DNA from: Abditibacterium sp.
GTDB taxonomy: Bacteria > Armatimonadota > Abditibacteriia > Abditibacteriales > Abditibacteriaceae
DNA length: 64,000 bases
Assembly (NCBI GenBank): GCA_965199495.1
Contig: CBDASK010000003.1
Location: forward strand, 96,001-160,000
Direction: 5' to 3'
Shown: positions 57,511-64,000 of the stretch, one piece after another
Numbering within the stretch: the first letter of the stretch is position 1
Layout: every line of letters begins with the position of its first letter
Position numbers and translations under genes: made by a program
Notes under the pieces: generated by a model
What the model was told of the DNA's origin: nothing
The model's input: the letters and a program-made list of their open reading frames with translations, nothing else
Database searches by the model: none

Positions 57511-57582
57511 AAATAATCGAGCCACACAGTTTGACAGCGCGAGCCAGCAGTTTTGTGCGCTTTAATTTATATCGCAATCATC

Positions 57583-57614
57583 AAAAAGCGCCGAAGGGTT
57601 CTTCGGCGCTTTTT
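57583..57614 (-). terminator. Rho-independent terminator
   Basis: AAAAAGCGCCGAAG...CTTCGGCGCTTTTT. Confidence 0.8.
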
Positions 57615-57616
57615 AA

Positions 57617-57820
57617 CAACGAGTAGAGAATTTATGCAGTTGGCTTACGATTGTCATTTCGAGCGAAGCCGAGAAATCTTGCGGCCCCGCGCCAGCGGAG
57701 ACAATGCGATAGATAGAAAGTGAAAGTCTTTTCAGCCTGCGCTGCCGCGCGGGCGTAAGATTTCTCGGCTTCGCTCGAAATGACAATCGTAAGCCAACTG
57801 CATAAATTCTCTACTCGTTG
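57617..57820. repeat. Palindromic element family A with 36-bp mirrored unique flanks
   Basis: Perfect 64-bp arms 57617-57680 / 57757-57820. Confidence 0.95.
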
Positions 57821-57832
57821 GAACGAAATCTA

Positions 57833-60118
57833 TTACTTCTTCCCAGTCAAAGCCGGTTTGTTCTCGTCCAAAGTCTCGGTTTCCGCCGTGCTTTCATCGA
57901 AATAGTGGCCGTAAGTTCGGTAAGTATCGTAACCGCCAATGGCATTCGTCGGGACTTTGGTCAAAACCACGCCCAAAACTTCGTTGCCCGTCGAGTTGAG
58001 CAAATCACCGGCACGCGCGACTTCGCGGCGCCCGGTTTCCTGCATCGCCACGACCATGATGGTGCCGTCAACCAGCGACGAAATCAAACGCGCATCGGCC
58101 AATCCGAGCATCGGCGGCGTATCAATCACGACGAAATCGGCCAGCGCCAAGATGTCGGTAATCGCCTGACGCGCGGTCTGCGAGTTGAGCAGTTTGAACG
58201 GGTTGGGCGGCACCGGCCCACTGGTGATAATCTGCAAATCGGGAATATCGGTGGCGCGCAACACTTCTTCCAAGCTGTTTTGCCCGGAAACCACGCTGGT
58301 GAAACCGGGGCCGAGCGTTAGGCCCAAAAACGTGTGTTGCGTCGGGCGGCGCAAATCCAAATCGAGCAAAATTGTGCGCTCTCCGCCCAGCGCGGCGGCA
58401 ATCGCGAGGTTGAGTGCCGCCGACGATTTGCCTTCGTTGGGCACGCTCGAAGTCACCACGAGAGATTTGATCGGTCGGTCGGTCGCGCAAAACGAGATGT
58501 TGGCGCGCAGCATCCGAAAACTTTCCAAGAGCGGCGTGATTTTGTCGCCCGTCGCCAATAATGTTTGCTGCGCGGTGTGTTTGAGTTGCGGCACCTGCGC
58601 CAAAACCGGAAAGTTGGTGACGCGCTGCACTTCGTCTTCGGAATATAAGCGGTCGTCCATCGCGTCCCACAACAGCGCCAGAGCAATCGCGGCCAAAATG
58701 CCCAGCACGATGCCCGACATCAAAACCTTTTTCTTATCGGGAGCCACCGGCGTGTTGTTGGGCTTGGCGGGCACGATGATTTGTGCGTCCGGCTCGCGCG
58801 CCTGTTGACCGAGTTCGAGTCCTTGCAAAGTCGCGCTCATCGAAAGATAACGCTCGTCCTGCTTTTTGGCCTCCGATTCGAGTTTGAACAATTGCAACTG
58901 CTGCTTTGGCAAAGTCGCCAATTCGCCGTTGGCGCTTTGCAGTTGGCTTTGCAGCGCTTTGATGCGCGCGTCCAATGCCCAGATGTTGCTCTGCGCCTCG
59001 CTGCGTTTGCCGACAATCGGGTTGGGTTGCCAGCTCGTCACCACGCGTTGCGCCTCGCGCGCAAGGCTCTGTTTAATCGCGTTGATTTTGGCGTTCAACT
59101 GCTGAACGCGATAGGAAGTGCTGGTGTATTCGCCCGCAATCGAGGCTTTTTCGTTTTCCAGTTCGGTCAAGTCGGCCTGCAACTTTGTCACGACATCGCT
59201 TTTTTGCACGCTCGTCGGCACCAGATCGTCGCCGGGAAAGCGCTTGAGCGTCTCGTCGGCTTTGGAAATCGTGCCCTGCGCGGCGCGGCGGTCGGCGGTG
59301 GCTTGCGCCAAACCCGCTTCGATGGCGGCCAGACGCGTCGAAAGCCCCGCCGATTTGTCGTCAATCGAAATCGTGCCGGTGCGTTGCTTGAAATTGCGCA
59401 CCTTATCCAAAGCGTCGTCGCGTTCGCCGCCAATTTCGCGCAGTTTGTCTTTGACGTAACCGATGCGTTTTTCGTCGTTCGCCTGATTCTGCTTGAGCGT
59501 GGCTTTCTCGTATTGGCGCCCAACGGCATTGGCAAACGCCGCCGCCGCTTCGGGCTTGTAGGCGCGCGCTGAAATTTCCATCAAGGTGGTGCGTCCGACC
59601 GGATCAACGGTGATTTCGCCGGGCGATTTCAAGCCTTTCAAGTTTTGCGGACTCAAACTTTTGACGGCGGCGGCACGAATGTCGGGGCCGCCCAAAAGCT
59701 GAATTTGCGTTTCAATCGTGGTATCGGTTTTGTCGCTGAGCAAATCTTCCAGGCCGGGCAAAGTCGCCGCCGAGGCCGAATTTTCGACGATTTGCATGGT
59801 CGTCACCGATTGATAAATCGGTTTGGCCAGTCTCAGATAAACGACCGACAACGCCACAATCGCCAGAAAAACGAACACCATCGCTTTCCAGCGCCGCTGG
59901 AAAATCCGCAGCATCTGCGCCAGATCAACGCCCTCGGTGGCGTCCATTTGATAACGCCCGGTCGCCGAAACGGCGTTTGGCCCGCCATTTTGCCAATCGG
60001 GCGTTGGGGCGTGGCTGCCGTTGGGTTGCGGCACGATTTCGGTCGAGGATGGCCGGTTTTTGTCGTCCTGAAAATGAAATTGGGAGTTGTTCAAATGATC
60101 TCCGTTGAAGTCGCGCAC
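57833..60118 (-). CDS. wzc: Polysaccharide co-polymerase/BY-kinase (Wzc/GumC)
   Basis: Two TM with coiled coil, ESFRMLRANI, TSSVPNEGKS, DLDLRRP, VIDTPP, Tyr-rich tail. Confidence 0.9.
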   Translation of the reverse strand: MRDFNGDHLNNSQFHFQDDKNRPSSTEIVPQPNGSHAPTPDWQNGGPNAVSATGRYQMDATEGVDLAQMLRIFQRRWKAMVFVFLAIVALSVVYLRLAKPIYQSVTTMQIVENSASAATLPGLEDLLSDKTDTTIETQIQLLGGPDIRAAAVKSLSPQNLKGLKSPGEITVDPVGRTTLMEISARAYKPEAAAAFANAVGRQYEKATLKQNQANDEKRIGYVKDKLREIGGERDDALDKVRNFKQRTGTISIDDKSAGLSTRLAAIEAGLAQATADRRAAQGTISKADETLKRFPGDDLVPTSVQKSDVVTKLQADLTELENEKASIAGEYTSTSYRVQQLNAKINAIKQSLAREAQRVVTSWQPNPIVGKRSEAQSNIWALDARIKALQSQLQSANGELATLPKQQLQLFKLESEAKKQDERYLSMSATLQGLELGQQAREPDAQIIVPAKPNNTPVAPDKKKVLMSGIVLGILAAIALALLWDAMDDRLYSEDEVQRVTNFPVLAQVPQLKHTAQQTLLATGDKITPLLESFRMLRANISFCATDRPIKSLVVTSSVPNEGKSSAALNLAIAAALGGERTILLDLDLRRPTQHTFLGLTLGPGFTSVVSGQNSLEEVLRATDIPDLQIITSGPVPPNPFKLLNSQTARQAITDILALADFVVIDTPPMLGLADARLISSLVDGTIMVVAMQETGRREVARAGDLLNSTGNEVLGVVLTKVPTNAIGGYDTYRTYGHYFDESTAETETLDENKPALTGKK

Positions 60119-60166
60119 CCTAACGATTCATAAAATTCGCTCGAACGAATTCGGGCGAATTTCAGC

Positions 60167-62170
60167 TTAAAATCCCTGCAAAATCCGAAAGATGCCCAAT
60201 GCCGCTGTCGCCGTTTCCAATCCTGATTTGGTTACTTTTCCCTGCGGCACAAACACGACATCGCCCGATTGCAGCGGTAAATTGAGTGTTTTTGCGACGT
60301 CCCCAGAGCGAGTGCTGCTATCCAGTTTGACGCGGATCGCATCATAACCATCGGGATTTTTCTGCGTTTTTGGAACGGCGCGAACGACGGCGATTTCGTT
60401 GGTTTTGGCGCCCTCAATGGAGCCACCGGCCAAGTTGAGCGCCTCGCCCAAATTCAAACCTTTGTTGCTGGGAATTCCATAATAGTTCGGCTTGGTGACG
60501 GCTCCCATCACCATCACCTTATTGGAATTTTCCGGCACGCGCACGGTATCGCCGTCTTGCAGCGCCAGATTTTTGACCTGACCTTTGCCCAATCCCGAAT
60601 AATCCACGATGTTGCTGGTGCCGTCGCGATGGTCAACCGCGATTTGATCTAATGCCGCCAGATTGCTGGGGCCGCCAGCGCGAAAGAGCGCTTCGGTCAA
60701 CCCTTCGCCCGGCTTGAGTTCGTAGGTGCCCGGCGTGGTAACCGCGCCAATCACCGCAATCGAGGGCGAACCTTTGGGATTGACCAAAATCGTGTCGCCG
60801 TCCTGCAAAGTCACGTTTTGGCTCAGGTCTTTGCCGCCCCACAAACGCCCGGCGTCCACTTGAAGCGGAATCTGGCGACCATCGGGCAAATTGCGCAAAA
60901 TCGTGATGCGCGTGGCTTCGGGCGTCAAATCGTTCAAATCGCCCGCTTCCAAAACGGCGGCCAAAACTTTGGTGCCATCGTTGAAACTATATTGACCGGG
61001 ATTTTTCACCGCGCCCGCCAACAGCACGCGCGGGCCAAGGAGCGGATTGATAAACACGATGTCGTTGTTTTGCAGCGGCACATCGGCCTTGGGATCTACC
61101 AGCGCGCGCTTCACATCTACGGGAATAATCTCGTTGCCGCGCCGCACCGAAGCGGTCAGTTTGTCAACCGGAACTGTGGGGCCACCCGCCGCCGAAAGCG
61201 CGCGCACAAAACCACTGCGCCCCTCCAACTGATAGTTGCCGGGACTTTTGACCAAATTTTTATCCGAAATCACGTTGACGTTGATGCGCACGCCCTGCAC
61301 CGACAACAAATCGCCATCTTGCAACGCTATATTGGCGGGGCTGTCCGGGTTCTGCGCGGCAGCAGCCACGTCGAGCCGCATGATATTTCCGCCGCGCAAT
61401 AACGTGATGTCGGTATCGGCGGGCGCGAACTTCAAAGCGCCCACTTTGCCAAGCGCGTTCAAAAGCGTCGGTGCTTTGCGCGCCGAAACCTGCCCCGGTG
61501 TGCCGACATCGCCATTCACGGTGACGGTGACAAGCGGAATCGGCACGATGCTCAAAACGTCGCCGACGTTGACGCGCGGGTTGGCCGCGTTTTCGGGCGA
61601 GCGCGTAATCGTCTCCAAGTCAAGCGGAATCGGCGCGCCGTTGACGCGCTTGAGCGTGGCTTTGACATCTTCGGGCGCGACTTCGTTCAAACTGCCCACC
61701 GCCGCCAGCACTTCCGAAACGCGCCAACCGGGCTGCAAATCCACCGCGCCGGGTTTATTGACCGCGCCCAAAACCGTCGCCTGTCGGGGCCGCGCGCGCA
61801 CGAGCGTGACGGAAACTTTGGGGTCTTTGAGCTGCGATTTATAAGCGTTGGCAATCGCCACGCGCGCCTGTTCTAACGTTTTTCCTTTGATGGTGAGCGG
61901 CCCCAGAATCGGCAACGCGACGCGCCCGGTCGAGGAAAGCGTGAGCGCTTCGGCGCTCATTTCGGGATGGTTGGCGACATCCAAACCGATCACGTCGTCG
62001 GGGCCGAGTATCAACTGTTCGCCGCGCGGCCCGCTCGTCAACAGCGACGTGGCTGATGCGGGCGGCGGAACCGTTGTGGGCGGCGCCGGTTTGGCGCCGG
62101 GTTTGGGCTGAGCCAACGCGGGCGCGCCAAAAGCCAGCACTATTAACAGGGAACGGGAATTCAGTTGCAT
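60167..62170 (-). CDS. wza: Polysaccharide export protein with multiple SLBB domains (Wza/KpsD-like)
   Basis: Signal peptide, LGPDD...G.V.LP.LG, repeated V.GAV..PG...LQDGD. Confidence 0.85.
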   Translation of the reverse strand: MQLNSRSLLIVLAFGAPALAQPKPGAKPAPPTTVPPPASATSLLTSGPRGEQLILGPDDVIGLDVANHPEMSAEALTLSSTGRVALPILGPLTIKGKTLEQARVAIANAYKSQLKDPKVSVTLVRARPRQATVLGAVNKPGAVDLQPGWRVSEVLAAVGSLNEVAPEDVKATLKRVNGAPIPLDLETITRSPENAANPRVNVGDVLSIVPIPLVTVTVNGDVGTPGQVSARKAPTLLNALGKVGALKFAPADTDITLLRGGNIMRLDVAAAAQNPDSPANIALQDGDLLSVQGVRINVNVISDKNLVKSPGNYQLEGRSGFVRALSAAGGPTVPVDKLTASVRRGNEIIPVDVKRALVDPKADVPLQNNDIVFINPLLGPRVLLAGAVKNPGQYSFNDGTKVLAAVLEAGDLNDLTPEATRITILRNLPDGRQIPLQVDAGRLWGGKDLSQNVTLQDGDTILVNPKGSPSIAVIGAVTTPGTYELKPGEGLTEALFRAGGPSNLAALDQIAVDHRDGTSNIVDYSGLGKGQVKNLALQDGDTVRVPENSNKVMVMGAVTKPNYYGIPSNKGLNLGEALNLAGGSIEGAKTNEIAVVRAVPKTQKNPDGYDAIRVKLDSSTRSGDVAKTLNLPLQSGDVVFVPQGKVTKSGLETATAALGIFRILQGF

Positions 62171-62276
62171 AAAAAACGACGGTGTCGCGCGGAAAGTTCG
62201 CAACCCCAAAAAGACAGTTGAAACGCGGCAGAGTTGTGATGGCTTGTCAATATTCGACTTTCTCCATTTGGGTTGC

Positions 62277-62424
62277 GCCTGCGTTGTCATTCTGAGCGGA
62301 GTGAGGCACGAACGAAGTCGAAGAATCCATCGCTTGCGTGATGACTTTCGCTTTTGCCTTGTCCAGAGTCGTGGATTCTTCGACTACGTTCGTGCCTCAC
62401 TCCGCTCAGAATGACAACGCAGGC
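62277..62424. repeat. Palindromic element family B
   Basis: GCCTGCGTTGTCATTCTGAGCGGAGTGAGGCAC...GTGCCTCACTCCGCTCAGAATGACAACGCAGGC. Confidence 0.92.
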
Positions 62425-62456
62425 CGTAAATAGAACGCAAAGCGGAATTCATTTTC

Positions 62457-63065
62457 CTAAACCAACGCCGGTTTCCACGCCGGACGGCTCGACTCAAACG
62501 ACGTAATATCGCCTTCGTTTTGCAGCGTCATGCCGATGTCATCCAAACCGTTGAGCAGACGATGTTTGCGAAATTCATCGATCTCGAATTCAGCGTCGAA
62601 GCCGTCGCCCGAAATGCGCTGGCCCGGCAAATCAATGGTCAGTTCCATGCCCAAGTTGTTTTGCAACAGTTTCAGCAAAACGATGACGGAATCTTCGCTC
62701 AAGACGATGGGCAGGAGGCCGTTTTGAAAACAGTTATTGTAAAAAATATCCGCGAAGCTGGGCGCAATGACGCAACGAAAGCCATAATCGTCCAAACTCC
62801 ACGGCGCGTGTTCGCGGCTGGAGCCGGAACCGAAATTGCGTTGAGCGACCAAAATCTGCGCGCCCTGCAATTTGGGGTCGTTGAGTTCAAAAGTCGGATC
62901 GGGCGTGATACCATCGGCCTGATAACGCCAGTCGAAGAACAAAAACTGGCCGAAACCGGTGCGCTCGATGCGTTTGAGAAACTGTTTGGGAATGATTTGA
63001 TCGGTATCTACGTTGGCGCGGTCGAGCGGCGCGGCGATACCGGTTAAAGTTGTGAATGGCTGCAT
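62457..63065 (-). CDS. leuD: 3-isopropylmalate dehydratase small subunit
   Basis: MQPF start, [32 protein letters not shown]. Confidence 0.96.
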   Translation of the reverse strand: MQPFTTLTGIAAPLDRANVDTDQIIPKQFLKRIERTGFGQFLFFDWRYQADGITPDPTFELNDPKLQGAQILVAQRNFGSGSSREHAPWSLDDYGFRCVIAPSFADIFYNNCFQNGLLPIVLSEDSVIVLLKLLQNNLGMELTIDLPGQRISGDGFDAEFEIDEFRKHRLLNGLDDIGMTLQNEGDITSFESSRPAWKPALV

Positions 63066-63066
63066 A

Positions 63067-63627
63067 ATGAACCCTTTAAGTTTGACAAAAACCCCGCTTT
63101 TCAAGACACGGCCCCAAGGGCCACTGCCCGGCGACATCCTTTTATTCACCGATGCGCCCGGATTAACCAAGGTTATTCCGTGGTTTACCAACTCGCGCTA
63201 TTACCATGTCGGGCTATACGAAGGTGGCCCATTTTCGCTGGAAGCGCGCGTGCCCGGCGTGCTGCGCCGCGACATTTCGCGCGACAAACATTTGGTTTTT
63301 CGCTTTATTCCGATGCCGCGTGAAGGCGCGCAAATCGCGCTCGATTTCGCGCGCAAAAATCTGGGCGCCAACTACGATCCAATTGACATCGCGGCGATTA
63401 TCATCAACCACACTTTCCCGAAACTGCGCATCAACTATTCCAATCCATCGAGTTTTACCTGCGGCGAACTGGTCGCCGAAGCGTGGCAAGCGGCGGGCGT
63501 CGAATTGTTCCCCGACATCGAATCCGAGTTGGTCGTGCCCGGCGATTTCGGTCGGTTTCTGCCCGTTGACGCGCGCGACCGCATGTATCGTCAGGGCAAA
63601 TGGATTTACGAACCGATGGACGCGTAA
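63067..63627 (+). CDS. YiiX/YebB-like permuted papain-like (N1pC/P60) protein
   Basis: PGDILL, YYHVGL, G.NYD, FTCGELV; start ATG 63067 or TTG 63082. Confidence 0.8.
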   Translation: MNPLSLTKTPLFKTRPQGPLPGDILLFTDAPGLTKVIPWFTNSRYYHVGLYEGGPFSLEARVPGVLRRDISRDKHLVFRFIPMPREGAQIALDFARKNLGANYDPIDIAAIIINHTFPKLRINYSNPSSFTCGELVAEAWQAAGVELFPDIESELVVPGDFGRFLPVDARDRMYRQGKWIYEPMDA

Positions 63628-63637
63628 ATTATCCGTT

Positions 63638-64000
63638 TCAATCGCGCATCAAATGCGGCACGAAGCGGCTGCCGTTGCTGGTAATTAATCCGTCATCTTC
63701 GCGAATGCCCAAACCGCACGCCCAGCCGTTGACCAGCCACGAGCCGCACACCGGATAATGCCCATCGAATTCGGGGAGCGGACACAATTCCTGATAAATC
63801 ACCGGCCCATCGTAAGGCCCGCCGTTGGAGCCGATTTCGCGATTGTCGCGCATCAACAACGTGTTGGCGCCCTCGCGGCCCAGACGCGGTTTGCGCGCGT
63901 AACTGTCGCTCCATGGTTTGAACTGCGTGCGTAACAACAACGGATGATCGGGAAATAATTCCCACAACACCGCCAAAATCGTTTTGTTGGAAAGCAGCAT
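63638..64000 (-). CDS. Glutathionylspermidine synthase-like ATP-grasp protein, C-terminal part (truncated by window)
   Basis: LLSNK.IL..LWELFPDHP, RKP.LGREGAN, GLGIRED...FVPH. Confidence 0.9.
   Translation of the reverse strand: MLLSNKTILAVLWELFPDHPLLLRTQFKPWSDSYARKPRLGREGANTLLMRDNREIGSNGGPYDGPVIYQELCPLPEFDGHYPVCGSWLVNGWACGLGIREDDGLITSNGSRFVPHLMRD

Overview
GC-rich bacterial chromosomal window of mostly housekeeping and envelope genes. Style and gene repertoire suggest Abditibacteriota/Armatimonadota, which is inference only. Recognisable genes: GH2 glycosidase, glnD, mutM, TrmH-family methylase, a solitary Eco57I/type IIG-like DNA adenine methyltransferase, a NYN-LOTUS protein, queG, tRNA-Leu(CAA), gdhA, a CHASE2 kinase, transglutaminase plus Anbu-type protease, trpS, an ECF sigma/anti-sigma/MucB operon, sulfite/nitrite reductase, TamB, a SARP-STAND regulator, sufS, wzc/wza and leuD. 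There is no transposase, prophage or CRISPR array. The most unusual signal is non-coding: about 15 palindromic elements from at least 5 families. Several have perfect 60-65 bp arms that extend into locus-specific flanking DNA, and one apparently copied a gene's 3' end. Two unrelated families carry the same ~15-18 nt CGGGTGCCCYYTGGGCGG insert, mirrored in both arms. One REP cluster is translated in frame inside the methyltransferase. Other candidates are an ACP-like membrane protein circularly permuted at the phosphopantetheine serine, an Anbu protease with Ser instead of Thr1, and a SARP-STAND regulator facing two paralogous secreted proteins across an 11-bp-phased repeat promoter. All product calls come from motif recognition, not database searches.
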